From an uncultured virus (IMG/VR IMGVR_UViG_3300027749_000050) (Duplodnaviria; Heunggongvirae; Uroviricota; Caudoviricetes): DNA of 64,000 nucleotides. Under the pieces are notes generated by a model. The model worked only from the letters and a program-made list of their open reading frames with translations. It searched no databases and had not been told where the DNA came from. Positions 29,573-39,397 of this stretch are shown one piece after another. The position numbers and the translations under genes were made by a program. The stretch is from IMG/VR virus record IMGVR_UViG_3300027749_000050; one strand, written 5' to 3'. The first letter of the stretch is position 1; every line of letters starts with the position of its first letter.

Positions 29573-30937
29573 TTAAATTATATTCCAATTAGTTCCATCA
29601 GATATAAGATCTAATGATACATATTGTACGTTAATAGTTATTGGTGATGAACTTCCATCTATAGTTTGACTAGACGTAGTTGCTATAGATACAGTATTTG
29701 TTCCGACTCTTTTTATAGTGTATAAATTAGTATTTCCTGCTGCTGCTGGAAGTGTAATAGTTGTTGTTCCTGATACAAGATAGACGTAGTCTGTATTAGC
29801 TGTAGATCCAGCTGCTGTATTTGAATTTACTGAAGATACAACTCTTGTAAAACCAGTTACAGTGCCCCATGTTGGAGCACTAGTTCCATTTGATATAAGA
29901 ACTTGACCTGATGTACCTGCTGCTGTAGATGCTAATGCAGATGTAGAAGATCCATACATTATACCACCTTGAACAAAAGGTGATGATTGACCTGTACCAC
30001 CTCTATTATATGCAACAGTTGTACCATTCCATTGTGCAGAAGTTATTGAGCCACCATAATTAAATGTATTAGTAGACCAAGATACATTACTTGGTGCTTG
30101 ATCATGATAGTCCCAACTACCAGCTGCAATAGCATTATCTAATAATGTAACTGTTGTGTATGCCCCTGAAGGTATTGATACTATTAATGTATTACTATTA
30201 TTATTAACAGTAATAGCCCCACTAGTTTGATTATTATTAAATGAAAAAGATGTTCCTTTTGCTAGTGTAGTTGCATCAGGTAATTTAAATGTTTGTCCAC
30301 CTGATCCTGTTATTACATAATCTGGAACAGAAGCTTTTGTTAATACAATTTGAGTTCCTGATGCAGCAGTATTTAAAAAACCTGTAATTAATGAATTAGC
30401 TGTAATATTATTATCATCATCTAATGTTGCACCTGAGTTTTGTATAAGCTTGCCTGTAGTGGTATCAAATCTTACAATAGCATTATCTGTAGCTGAAGAT
30501 GGTCCAACTACATCTCCTACACTCCAAGTTCTATTAGCTGTAAGATCTTGTGTTGTACCATTAATTGTTAATGTTCTAGCATTTGTTACTGGTGTATACC
30601 CAAGAGCTGTTGTAACATCAAATGATGTTATACTTGTAAGGTATGAATTTGTATCTAAAGCAAATGTACCAGCAGCTGTCATCTTTACAAATGGTGTACC
30701 ACTTACCCATGTAGGATAGTTTAAAGCACCCCATGTACCACCACCTGCAGATTTCCAAGCTGTACCATCCCAAAAATATGGAGAAAACAAATCTGTATCA
30801 TAAACCATATACCCCTTACTAATACTAGATAGAGTGGTACCAAGAGCCACTCTATCTGCAGTACTAATATTATGAAGTCTACTGTTTAATAGCTGATTAG
30901 CTACTAAGTCAATATTACGGTAATACTTTTGTCCCAA
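29573..30937 (-). CDS. Tail fibre protein
   Basis: RTLTINGT.DL.ANRTW, GPSSATDNAIVRFD, GGTG and TITLP..SDGTNW motifs common in Bacteroidota phage fibres. Confidence 0.7.
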   Translation of the reverse strand: MGQKYYRNIDLVANQLLNSRLHNISTADRVALGTTLSSISKGYMVYDTDLFSPYFWDGTAWKSAGGGTWGALNYPTWVSGTPFVKMTAAGTFALDTNSYLTSITSFDVTTALGYTPVTNARTLTINGTTQDLTANRTWSVGDVVGPSSATDNAIVRFDTTTGKLIQNSGATLDDDNNITANSLITGFLNTAASGTQIVLTKASVPDYVITGSGGQTFKLPDATTLAKGTSFSFNNNQTSGAITVNNNSNTLIVSIPSGAYTTVTLLDNAIAAGSWDYHDQAPSNVSWSTNTFNYGGSITSAQWNGTTVAYNRGGTGQSSPFVQGGIMYGSSTSALASTAAGTSGQVLISNGTSAPTWGTVTGFTRVVSSVNSNTAAGSTANTDYVYLVSGTTTITLPAAAGNTNLYTIKRVGTNTVSIATTSSQTIDGSSSPITINVQYVSLDLISDGTNWNII

Positions 30938-30952
30938 TCTTTAAACATTTGT

Positions 30953-31423
30953 TTATGATAAATAAGCCCATCCGGTAACAGGAGATGAAAATGTAACAGA
31001 TATTGTATTCTGATTAACATATGTAACAGAACCAAATATCTCTTGACCATTATTATCTGTAGTAGTAATATTAGGATTAAATCCTAAATTATGATTAAAA
31101 ACCCAAACACTAGAAGCAACAGTAACATTATATTGTTTAGCTACACCTATGTTTGTTATACTATTAATATTGATATAACATAAATCATCACATGTATTAA
31201 TATTAATAGGCATCCAATCTTTATAAGCTATTTTTAATTGAGATATTGTAGAAAAATCTTCAGAACTTTGCCATGCTGATAATTCATATCTCATACCAAT
31301 AAGATAAGGATCTGTAAGTCCTTTAGGTGAAGCAATACCAAATTTTAGTTGTTTGTATTTCTTAACCATTAGATTTGCAAAATCGTTAAAATACTTATCT
31401 TTATGATTTAAATAACTTTTCAT
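30953..31423 (-). CDS. Structural protein with C-terminal H-type-lectin-like beta domain
   Basis: WVFNHNLGFNP...VTFS.PVTG.AYL motif. Confidence 0.5.
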   Translation of the reverse strand: MKSYLNHKDKYFNDFANLMVKKYKQLKFGIASPKGLTDPYLIGMRYELSAWQSSEDFSTISQLKIAYKDWMPININTCDDLCYININSITNIGVAKQYNVTVASSVWVFNHNLGFNPNITTTDNNGQEIFGSVTYVNQNTISVTFSSPVTGWAYLS

Positions 31424-31590
31424 TATACATTATTATAAGAGGTATTGTTGCTATTATTAGCATTTTGTCTTTGTATTTGTAAGTTATGTTCATAAGCTTG
31501 AATACAACTTGAACATACTTGAGCACCATTAGATGCTGTTCTTTGTTGACAGCCACAACTTAGTGCTGTACTACAGTTTGGACATTTCAT
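31423..31590 (-). CDS. Small Cys-rich (zinc-binding?) protein, 55 aa
   Basis: Manual translation MKCPNCSTALSCGCQQRTASNGAQVCSSCIQAYE...; TAATG-coupled to the next gene. Confidence 0.65.
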   Translation of the reverse strand: MKCPNCSTALSCGCQQRTASNGAQVCSSCIQAYEHNLQIQRQNANNSNNTSYNNV

Positions 31591-31611
31591 AATTTTTGGT
31601 TTTTTTATTGT

Positions 31612-32160
31612 TTAGCAAATATCATTACTTAATTTCATAAGTCTTTGTTGTGCATACAATAGTAAATTCATACCTTCTACATCATCATGACAGTCTTCCA
31701 CTTTCACTTTAGCTGCATCTATAAAAGATTTTATAAGTCTTAGTTCTTCTAATTGTTCCTTTACGTCAGCTGAAGGTTCACATGCATGCAATTCTAAATC
31801 ACACAATAGTTGATTATATTTTCCAATAAACTGTGTCACTCTTAAATGATGATATTCAACAAACACCTTATCATTAGGGCTCACTGAATAGTTTACTACA
31901 TAAATACCATCAGGTAGTATATAAGCATTGTCTGTACAGTTTTGTGTTTGTAATCCTAAATTACAAGCTGTTAAAACTAAACTAAAATGTGTAGTTGTAA
32001 CAGGCACACTTACAGGTTCATTAAATCCTGGAGGAGTCACTTGTAATTGTTGACAATCAACATCCATGGTAGCATCATATATAGATACATCTACAATCCT
32101 AAATATTCTAGGATTGCTTGTGTAAGGTATATCTAAACTTAATTGGTGTTTAATAGACAT
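31612..32160 (-). CDS. Tail hub/ring-like structural protein
   Basis: 182 aa; LQVTPPGF and LPDGIY...YSVSP motifs resembling crAss-like tail proteins. Confidence 0.5.
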   Translation of the reverse strand: MSIKHQLSLDIPYTSNPRIFRIVDVSIYDATMDVDCQQLQVTPPGFNEPVSVPVTTTHFSLVLTACNLGLQTQNCTDNAYILPDGIYVVNYSVSPNDKVFVEYHHLRVTQFIGKYNQLLCDLELHACEPSADVKEQLEELRLIKSFIDAAKVKVEDCHDDVEGMNLLLYAQQRLMKLSNDIC

Positions 32161-32242
32161 ATATAAACTTTGTAAAGTTATGTAAAATTTAAGGAGATTT
32201 CCTCAATAATAATATACTATTTTTTAAGCAAATTTCCAAAAT

Positions 32243-32276
32243 AAAAAAGGGAGGGACAAACTGTCCACTCCCTTTC
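32243..32276 (-). terminator. Intrinsic terminator after 663-aa gene
   Basis: Minus strand AAAGGGAGUGGACA-GUU-UGUCCCUCCCUUUUUU. Confidence 0.75.
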
Positions 32277-32295
32277 TATTATAAAGTTGCAATTA

Positions 32296-34287
32296 TTAAT
32301 ATTGCTCGAAAGTACCACCTGCAGAGTTAACAGGAATGTTATTACCAGAAGCAGCTGCAGCAGTAACTAAATAGTTAGTTAAAGATGAAGTTGAAGTACC
32401 AGTAGGAACGTTAAACACTAACAAGTATTGATCATTATCAAACATACCACTTGGGTTATTAAATCTAGGAACACTATGTAAAACCATAACTTGATCATAC
32501 AAAGAAGTTCTAGAAATACTAGCCAAAGCTGGGTTTTGCTCAATTTCTCTCATCCTTAAGCTTTCTACACGATTGCTATCAGGGTAAGCTAATTGTAAGT
32601 AACGATCAGAAAGAATCATATCACGTAGTACAGTTTCACCACTTCCTGAAGCTTGTATTGGAAGTTGAATCACTGTATTATCATTAGCTGATGTATTTGA
32701 TCCTGTATTAGCATTTGTAGTAGTAAAGCAGAAAGAAGAACAAGGATCACCAGACTCATCAACAATTGATGTGTACATTAACAATGGTTCCAAGTCATAT
32801 TTATCTGTTGGAGTGAACGTACAGATACCAAACTTAGTTTCAATATAAGCAGCACTTAATTCAATATGTGGAGCCTCTGTGTAAGTAAATGAAGCAGCAT
32901 CAGCAGCAGCAGAATAAAGTAAAGCACCACTAGCTGAAGCAGCTATTGTAGCACCTGTAGCAGTACCAGCAGAAACTACAGCAGATCCACCAACACCAGA
33001 TTCTGTTCCTGTACCTGGAATAACTGTAGCAGTACCTATTTGAGGTGTGCCAATTGCACCAGAATAAAGATCACTATATGCTTTAACACTCACTGTAGCA
33101 GCAATTGTAGGAGCAGTTTGTTGAGTTGGATAAGTAACAGTAATACCTGTAGTAGATGTCAAACCAGTAATAAAAGCATTAGCAGGAATACCTGTACCAA
33201 CAACTTTCATACCCACTAACATACTTGTATTAGTAACAGTAAGACCCACTGTAGAAGTTGTAGCAGCACTACCAATTGCTGTAGCAGCAGTAGTAATAAC
33301 ATGCTTGTAAACTCTAGCTTGAACCATTGTATTAAAAATAGGACTCAAGTTAATTTGATCAGCCCAGTTTAACAATGTAGCAACTGGATCTTTAACCAAA
33401 GTAGGATCTACAGTGTTGCAACAACCTGTATAAGAATCTAATGTTCTATACATGTTATGAGATAAGAAACGTAAAGCTGGAGAACCTTTAACATCTACAC
33501 GTAATCTAAAAGTAGTATCACAAGGCAATCCACAAGTTACAGGAATGTTAACAACCATCTGACGAGCTTGTTTAGCAACTACCTTAATTACACGTGAAAT
33601 GTACTTAGGGTTAATCATCTTAGTCTTAACAGATTCTTTGTAACCACCAAGAGCAGGACTAATCTTATCACTGTTAAAGTAAGAACCTTGAGCAATCATG
33701 AAAGGTTTAGCACTAGCTGCTTGAACAGCAACACCATCTGGAGAGAAGAAACCAACTTGACCAGCTGTTAAAGATGCAGATGAACCAGTAGATAATAAAG
33801 GAACAGAAAGACCAAAAACAATTGAAGCAGTTGTAGAAATTGTAGCAGTTACAGAACTAGACAAAGTAACTAAAGTAGCACTAACAGCAGTAACTGTTGT
33901 ACCAGCAGGAATACTTGTACCAGTTACAGACATACCAACTGAAACACCAGTAGTAGCAGCAAACTGTAATACGTTTGGAGCATTAAAAGAAGCACTTGGT
34001 GTAGTAACCAACGGAGTTGTTGGAACACCAATTGTTAATGATGTAGTACCACTTACTAAAAGAGCAGTGATAGGCAATGATAATGTTACAGTTGTACTTG
34101 CAACACTAACAATTGTAGTACCTGCTTGAATACCAGCACCAGAAATAGATTGACCAGCTACAACACCAGTTGCACTAGTTAACGTTATTACGGTACCCAC
34201 TGTGGTACCTAATGTAGCTGTAGCTAATGTAGTAGCAGCCACTGAAGAAGGAAGAAAGCTCTTCCTAAAGGCATGAGGAAAATACAT
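32296..34287 (-). CDS. Probable abundant virion structural protein with three inserted small beta domains
   Basis: 663 aa; three (V)xG(M/Q)xxxGxxIxAxxxI/V repeats; leader shared with the MCP gene; own terminator. Confidence 0.6.
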   Translation of the reverse strand: MYFPHAFRKSFLPSSVAATTLATATLGTTVGTVITLTSATGVVAGQSISGAGIQAGTTIVSVASTTVTLSLPITALLVSGTTSLTIGVPTTPLVTTPSASFNAPNVLQFAATTGVSVGMSVTGTSIPAGTTVTAVSATLVTLSSSVTATISTTASIVFGLSVPLLSTGSSASLTAGQVGFFSPDGVAVQAASAKPFMIAQGSYFNSDKISPALGGYKESVKTKMINPKYISRVIKVVAKQARQMVVNIPVTCGLPCDTTFRLRVDVKGSPALRFLSHNMYRTLDSYTGCCNTVDPTLVKDPVATLLNWADQINLSPIFNTMVQARVYKHVITTAATAIGSAATTSTVGLTVTNTSMLVGMKVVGTGIPANAFITGLTSTTGITVTYPTQQTAPTIAATVSVKAYSDLYSGAIGTPQIGTATVIPGTGTESGVGGSAVVSAGTATGATIAASASGALLYSAAADAASFTYTEAPHIELSAAYIETKFGICTFTPTDKYDLEPLLMYTSIVDESGDPCSSFCFTTTNANTGSNTSANDNTVIQLPIQASGSGETVLRDMILSDRYLQLAYPDSNRVESLRMREIEQNPALASISRTSLYDQVMVLHSVPRFNNPSGMFDNDQYLLVFNVPTGTSTSSLTNYLVTAAAASGNNIPVNSAGGTFEQY

Positions 34288-34354
34288 AGTTTTTAAATTT
34301 AAGGGTTATAAATAAATAAATAATTTTGTTGTGTTTATAATATAATATACGTAA

Positions 34355-34816
34355 TTATTTTAAAAATAACAATTTATATTTTGTAGAATCTATAAGACTC
34401 TTTACTTCATCTAATTGATTAACAATCTCACTATGAGGCATAATAGATTGTAAAGCTGCAGTTTTATCTTTTAAAGTTCTAAGATAGTCAATTGTTTCTT
34501 CCACTGAATTTAATTCTGTAGGAGCTGTATTAGGCATTTCTAAAAGCTTCTCTTCAGCACCTTGAAATTGTTCTACAATAGAATCAGCATGATCACCAAT
34601 TTCATCATAAAATTCATTAAGAGCTTTATGAGCTGCAAATGAACCTAAGCCTGTAACTTTTAAATGAATCTTATGAATACTAGTTACAGCATTTAATAAG
34701 TCTTGTGCTAAAGCTGCTGTTTGAATACACACTCCACAAGTTTCAGCTTGAGGCATCATTGCTGCCATACTTGGTCCACTCATTGAAAATATTCCTGGTT
34801 TTTGTAAAGCTCTCAT
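34355..34816 (-). CDS. Dps/ferritin-like protein
   Basis: HKIHLKVTG..SFAAHKALNEFYD...DSIVE.FQG and C-terminal YKL.FL four-helix-bundle pattern. Confidence 0.75.
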   Translation of the reverse strand: MRALQKPGIFSMSGPSMAAMMPQAETCGVCIQTAALAQDLLNAVTSIHKIHLKVTGLGSFAAHKALNEFYDEIGDHADSIVEQFQGAEEKLLEMPNTAPTELNSVEETIDYLRTLKDKTAALQSIMPHSEIVNQLDEVKSLIDSTKYKLLFLK

Positions 34817-34821
34817 ATTAT

Positions 34822-35523
34822 TTAACTATTTGATTGTACATTTTGTTGTTGTCTTTGATATTGAGTTACTGATTCAATATCTCCGGCTAATATCATTGCT
34901 GCATTATCAGCTATCACTTCAGCTACATCATCATTAAACTCACATTCTTGATTTGCTGTAAAAGGAAATCCTGTTTTTATATCTATACAATCAGTAAACT
35001 GTACTTCTGTAGGTTTTCTATAATATACAAGATAACATTTAGAAATTTCAAATTCACCATTGGTATATACTCTCAAAGAGTTATCTATTCTTGTTGCTAC
35101 AGTTTCGGCCCATTCAAAGTTTGGTTGCCTATTCTTATCATTTAGAATAATAGATATGTTAGCTTCTTCCACTTCATATACAGTTAGTCTACGTTCTGGG
35201 CAACATGTTTGTTGAGCAAATACATCTGTACGTACATAGTGAAGATAGTCAGTTGGTAATGCATCTGCTTTATAATAGATTTGTTTATCTATCATAGTAA
35301 GTAATTCTACCTTCATTAATTTCTGTAGATCATCCACCAAACCACTACTTTGTTCAACACCCTCTTTACGAATATTAATACCATACATTTGTCTTCTAGT
35401 CCATTCTAATTGAGCTTTATTAAAAGCCTCAGCTATTTGCCAACACTCAAGATTATCATAATCCAGGGAGGCTAGCTTATTAAGCCTTTGTTTTATTTTA
35501 ATCTGTAATAGGTTATTGTTCAT
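34822..35523 (-). CDS. Head-tail adaptor/ring protein
   Basis: FNKAQ..W, LPTDYL, YYRKP motifs typical of crAss-like ring proteins. Confidence 0.6.
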   Translation of the reverse strand: MNNNLLQIKIKQRLNKLASLDYDNLECWQIAEAFNKAQLEWTRRQMYGINIRKEGVEQSSGLVDDLQKLMKVELLTMIDKQIYYKADALPTDYLHYVRTDVFAQQTCCPERRLTVYEVEEANISIILNDKNRQPNFEWAETVATRIDNSLRVYTNGEFEISKCYLVYYRKPTEVQFTDCIDIKTGFPFTANQECEFNDDVAEVIADNAAMILAGDIESVTQYQRQQQNVQSNS

Positions 35524-35772
35524 TTAGCATTTCCATTTTCTCAGTGACTTATTAATTCTACTATCAGGATCTCTAGCTGTCTTAGCAGATGTAAGTTTAG
35601 CTTTCATTCCTTTCATTCTAGCACAGAATGATTTCTTTCTAGGACCACCTTCAGGCTGAGGTGCTTTAAGATTACCACCAGTAGCTTTATTGTAAGAAGC
35701 TCTTCCTTTAGCATTTAAACCACCACTTGGTGATTTACCTTCTTTTCTGGTCCAAGCAGGAGTCTTTGCCAT
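35524..35772 (-). CDS. Small basic phage protein (DUF6321-like)
   Basis: GGLNAKGR...RKKSFCARM...SRINKSLRKWKC. Confidence 0.6.
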   Translation of the reverse strand: MAKTPAWTRKEGKSPSGGLNAKGRASYNKATGGNLKAPQPEGGPRKKSFCARMKGMKAKLTSAKTARDPDSRINKSLRKWKC

Positions 35773-35774
35773 AA

Positions 35775-36128
35775 TTACTTCTTTTTAGACTTAACCATTC
35801 CACCTTTTTTCATAGTAGCTCCTGCTATTTTATCAGCATATGTTGCTTTATCATAAGGTTTAGCAAGTGCTTTAAAAGGAGTAGATCCACCTTTAGCCAT
35901 CTTAGGTTTTTTAGACTTTCCTACAGATCCACCTTTTTTATATCCAGGTGCAGGATTTGTCAAAGTAGGTTTTCCAGGATTAGGGTTAGGTCCTATTGGT
36001 CCATAATAATTAGGATCAACAGAACTTCTACTAACAGGAGGAGCATCATTTTTAACTGGTCTAGAATCAGCTGTTCCACCTGGACCATATTTTTTCATAG
36101 ACTTAGAAGAACCAATTTTGTTTTTCAT
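35775..36128 (-). CDS. Small basic disordered protein with four xxGG motifs
   Basis: KYGPGG, YKKGG, MAKGG, MKKGG. Confidence 0.7.
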   Translation of the reverse strand: MKNKIGSSKSMKKYGPGGTADSRPVKNDAPPVSRSSVDPNYYGPIGPNPNPGKPTLTNPAPGYKKGGSVGKSKKPKMAKGGSTPFKALAKPYDKATYADKIAGATMKKGGMVKSKKK

Positions 36129-36129
36129 G

Positions 36130-36276
36130 TTATTTCTTTTTAGACTTTATTTTCTTTTCTTGTTTTAACATTTCAGGAGTGGGTTTTTTACCACTACCTT
36201 TAGCAGCTCTGATATTATCCCACAATCCACGTTGAGATGTAGAACCATCTTTACGTTTAATCATTTGCTTTGCCAT
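36130..36276 (-). CDS. Small basic protein (48 aa)
   Basis: Manual translation MAKQMIKRKDGSTSQRGLWDNIRAAKGSGKKPTPEMLKQEKKIKSKKK*; fills the gap between neighbours. Confidence 0.65.
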   Translation of the reverse strand: MAKQMIKRKDGSTSQRGLWDNIRAAKGSGKKPTPEMLKQEKKIKSKKK

Positions 36277-36277
36277 A

Positions 36278-37252
36278 CTATTTAGGTAATCCTGCTTTAA
36301 ATGTTGTTGTTAAATCTACCCAAGTTGTAGTGCCCTTTGGTAGTTTTTGAAAACTTACTACATCTATATATGCTTCATATCCATCATCAACATTTATAAA
36401 TGTACCACTCATAAAAAATGCATCTCTTGTACTTCCATTAATTGCATTTGTTCCAGCTGCTGATCTTATACCTGTAGCACCTAACAAAAATGTTTGTCCA
36501 GCAGCTCTTAATATTTCTGTAGCTATTACCATTTGAGCAGCTGTAGCTGAACCAGTTAATGGTGCCAAAGCTGCTCTATTAGTTGTTGATGCTAGTATAT
36601 TAGTTAAAAAGAACTGTTGGTAATCATCAACAAAATTTGATTGTACAGGAAGTCCAGCATTATTAATAGCCCAATTTATAGCTGCTTGTACAGCACCACA
36701 AGAAGTGTTTTGACTAGTTTGTCCTTTTCTAAGTATAGATCCCACTGTACCATTGCTAGATATACCAATGTGTGGCATATTCATTACAAACAAATTACCT
36801 GTATCTGTAACGTGACTTGCATAAGCACCCAAGCCAGTAATACCTGTATGTGGGTAACCAGCTAAACCACCAGACATAAATGGTCCTAAATACTCATTTA
36901 ATGATAAAGGATGTTGTCCTAAATTATCTTCATCTAGAAACATAGGTGCATTAATATCATCAGAACAAACTGATAAAGACATCAATGTATTACCTGCAGC
37001 ATATCCTAAATTCTTTAAAAATAATTTATTATACTCTCCAAATGCTTGTGCTGACACAGCATTAGGGTAGGTAACCCTAACTGTTTTAGTATATGAAGAT
37101 GGATTTCTAAAATCTGTATTTTCATTAATCACTTCAATCCATTCTCCTGGTTTAGGATTTTTAAATGCAAAAGTTAATGAACCAGCAGCTATATCACCAG
37201 CTGGTTTACGAAGAACAAAAGGTTTTTTAGGCTTAATGTTATAACTTCTCAT
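36278..37252 (-). CDS. LCIB/theta-type carbonic anhydrase-like protein
   Basis: SVCSDDIN, F.SGGLAGYP..G.TG..A..SH, MPHIGIS..G..G...RKGQ, SCGA: Cys/His/Cys zinc ligands in LCIB/theta-CA spacing. Confidence 0.8.
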   Translation of the reverse strand: MRSYNIKPKKPFVLRKPAGDIAAGSLTFAFKNPKPGEWIEVINENTDFRNPSSYTKTVRVTYPNAVSAQAFGEYNKLFLKNLGYAAGNTLMSLSVCSDDINAPMFLDEDNLGQHPLSLNEYLGPFMSGGLAGYPHTGITGLGAYASHVTDTGNLFVMNMPHIGISSNGTVGSILRKGQTSQNTSCGAVQAAINWAINNAGLPVQSNFVDDYQQFFLTNILASTTNRAALAPLTGSATAAQMVIATEILRAAGQTFLLGATGIRSAAGTNAINGSTRDAFFMSGTFINVDDGYEAYIDVVSFQKLPKGTTTWVDLTTTFKAGLPK

Positions 37253-37254
37253 AG

Positions 37255-37389
37255 TTATTTAGATTTTACAGAGTCAACAATTTTAACTGTATCTACTTTT
37301 ACACATGTAGAATCAGAACTAACTTCTTTTGTAGTAGCTGATTTACAAGATGCTAACACTACCAATCCTACAAATAATAATTTTTTCAT
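37255..37389 (-). CDS. Small lipoprotein (44 aa)
   Basis: Manual translation MKKLLFVGLVVLASCKSATTKEVSSDSTCVKVDTVKIVDSVKSK*; LASC lipobox. Confidence 0.65.
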   Translation of the reverse strand: MKKLLFVGLVVLASCKSATTKEVSSDSTCVKVDTVKIVDSVKSK

Positions 37390-37397
37390 TTTATATT

Positions 37398-37538
37398 TTA
37401 TTTTTTCTTAGCCATTTTTTTTAATGTCATAGCAAGAGCTTTTCTTTTAGGAGTACAAGTAGCTTTAGTCATAGGAGTACAATAACCCTTATGTGCTGGG
37501 TTAATTGCTTTCTGTATCCATTTTTTATCTTTTGCCAT
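37398..37538 (-). CDS. Small basic protein (46 aa)
   Basis: Manual translation MAKDKKWIQKAINPAHKGYCTPMTKATCTPKRKALAMTLKKMAKKK*. Confidence 0.65.
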   Translation of the reverse strand: MAKDKKWIQKAINPAHKGYCTPMTKATCTPKRKALAMTLKKMAKKK

Positions 37539-37555
37539 TATTTAACTTTTAAAAA

Positions 37556-37819
37556 TTAAGCAATAGTTTTTTCAGCTTTGATACGTCCAATAACACCTAT
37601 TACTAATCCTATAAGTGTAATCACTTGACCTAAGATTAAACCTACATTACCTTGAGCAGCTTTAATAGCTTCAATAGCAGCTTGAGTTTGATCAACTGTA
37701 GCATCTACAGGAAGATTAACACCAGGAACTTGTAATACATTTGTAATAACAACTCCTAAAGTAGCTACTATAATTCCCCAAATTGTTTTTGATAAATACC
37801 ATTTTTTTGTCTGTGTCAT
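37556..37819 (-). CDS. Holin-like two-TM membrane protein
   Basis: KKWYLSKTIWG start, two hydrophobic helices, C-terminal GRIKA. Confidence 0.55.
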   Translation of the reverse strand: MTQTKKWYLSKTIWGIIVATLGVVITNVLQVPGVNLPVDATVDQTQAAIEAIKAAQGNVGLILGQVITLIGLVIGVIGRIKAEKTIA

Positions 37820-37842
37820 AATTTTATTTTAAATTTTTATAA

Positions 37843-38859
37843 TTATTGATTCCAATGTTTCTCTACTTTTTTAGTAAGATCTATAAGAAGCTCTTCATTT
37901 AATGGATTTCTTAAATATTCAAATACATCTGTTAAGTTACGACCCATCATTGTTGTAGTAGACATATGATAGATAAATCCATCAGCTTTAGTAGCAATAT
38001 ACTTGTAGTAGTTTGATTCTTTTATAATAGCTTTAATCTTTAATGTTTCCATATCAAAATTAGCTGCTTCAAGAAATTTTTCTGCTGTTTTCTTTTTGTT
38101 CTTATCTACAGATTCTCCGTTAATATATTTATCCATGTTGTCATAGATAATATCATTAGGTGTAGACTTTTTATACTGAGCACCATTTATATCTAACACT
38201 TTAGCTACATACAATAATTTATTCTGATTCTTATCAAATAACTTCTGAAGTTCTGATAAAGCTTTATTTCTAAGTTTTTTAATTTCTGTATTAACTGATG
38301 CACTTTCTTCAAGTTTATCAAGATAAAACTTAGGAGGTGTTGGCATAGTACGAGCTTCTTCTAAAGACTTAGCTACCATTGAAAACCCACCAGCTTCTAT
38401 TGCCAATAATCTAATCAAATCATAAGGATCTGTAACTGGCTCTAAATGCACTGGTTCATTACCACATCTAATTTTAATCTTATCCCAAAACTCACCATTG
38501 TTTTGTTTAAGTAAAACAATCTTATTCCAAAAATCTTTATCTTCAGGATCTACAACATTAGCTGCAAGTTCTTTTTCTAACTGAGCAACTACAATACGTA
38601 TTTGTTTAATCTTAGCTTCTTGTTCTTCTAAAGGAAGAGCTTTAACTTCTGGAGCAAATTCATTTAGTCCAGTGACATAACGTTTGATTCCATTGATTTC
38701 TAAACATGCAACTGTTTCTTCATGAAATGCTCCATCAAAAAGACTAAGTCCATACTTTTGAAGTCCCATATTATCTACTTGTGAATCAAAATAAGGACGT
38801 ATTGCAATACTAGATTTTTTGTTCTGTGGGTATTTCTCCACAATTGTTACATTACTCAT
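37843..38859 (-). CDS. Conserved crAss-like protein downstream of MCP (function unknown)
   Basis: 338 aa helical protein, RYVTGL motif, capsid-module synteny. Confidence 0.5.
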   Translation of the reverse strand: MSNVTIVEKYPQNKKSSIAIRPYFDSQVDNMGLQKYGLSLFDGAFHEETVACLEINGIKRYVTGLNEFAPEVKALPLEEQEAKIKQIRIVVAQLEKELAANVVDPEDKDFWNKIVLLKQNNGEFWDKIKIRCGNEPVHLEPVTDPYDLIRLLAIEAGGFSMVAKSLEEARTMPTPPKFYLDKLEESASVNTEIKKLRNKALSELQKLFDKNQNKLLYVAKVLDINGAQYKKSTPNDIIYDNMDKYINGESVDKNKKKTAEKFLEAANFDMETLKIKAIIKESNYYKYIATKADGFIYHMSTTTMMGRNLTDVFEYLRNPLNEELLIDLTKKVEKHWNQ

Positions 38860-38929
38860 GTTTGGTTTTTTTGGTTTATTTTATATGAATCATCGGAATT
38901 ATTCCGATAAAGTATTCTAATTCTTACAA

Positions 38930-39397
38930 TTAATCTCCTATTTTAACTATCTCATAGTTAAGATATATAGTACCCCAAGTTGTTGAAGTAGGTTGAGCAA
39001 TAGCAATATTCATAATTCCTTCTCCTATTGCAGAAGTCATTGGAATTATTCTTGATGTATATATAACATTAGTAGCACTAGCTAAAGATGTTTGTACAAA
39101 AAACTTTTCAGCATCTACAGAAGCAAATTCAGCATTAGTAAGACTAATTGTTAATAAAGCACTAGTAGCACTACTTGTAACTTTGATTATACCTTTTTTA
39201 GTAGTAACAGGTACAGTAGCTGCTGATGTAGCACCACAAGCACCTGTATATGCAATTTGATCATTAATATCTCTAGATAAAGCATTTGTATCTGTAAGTC
39301 TAGCAAAGGTAGCTTGTTTATATCTATTTGCTCCTGCAAGTTTAATGTCTTTATCAGGAGAATTTGGGTTTTGAACTAATCTTTTGAAGATTGCCAT
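38930..39397 (-). CDS. Putative capsid-associated structural protein
   Basis: 155 aa, beta-rich C-terminus, near MCP. Confidence 0.45.
   Translation of the reverse strand: MAIFKRLVQNPNSPDKDIKLAGANRYKQATFARLTDTNALSRDINDQIAYTGACGATSAATVPVTTKKGIIKVTSSATSALLTISLTNAEFASVDAEKFFVQTSLASATNVIYTSRIIPMTSAIGEGIMNIAIAQPTSTTWGTIYLNYEIVKIGD

Noticed and set aside
19404..30719. Val-rich plus-strand ORFs that look like membrane proteins
   Set aside because: Reverse complement of Thr codons in the minus-strand genes
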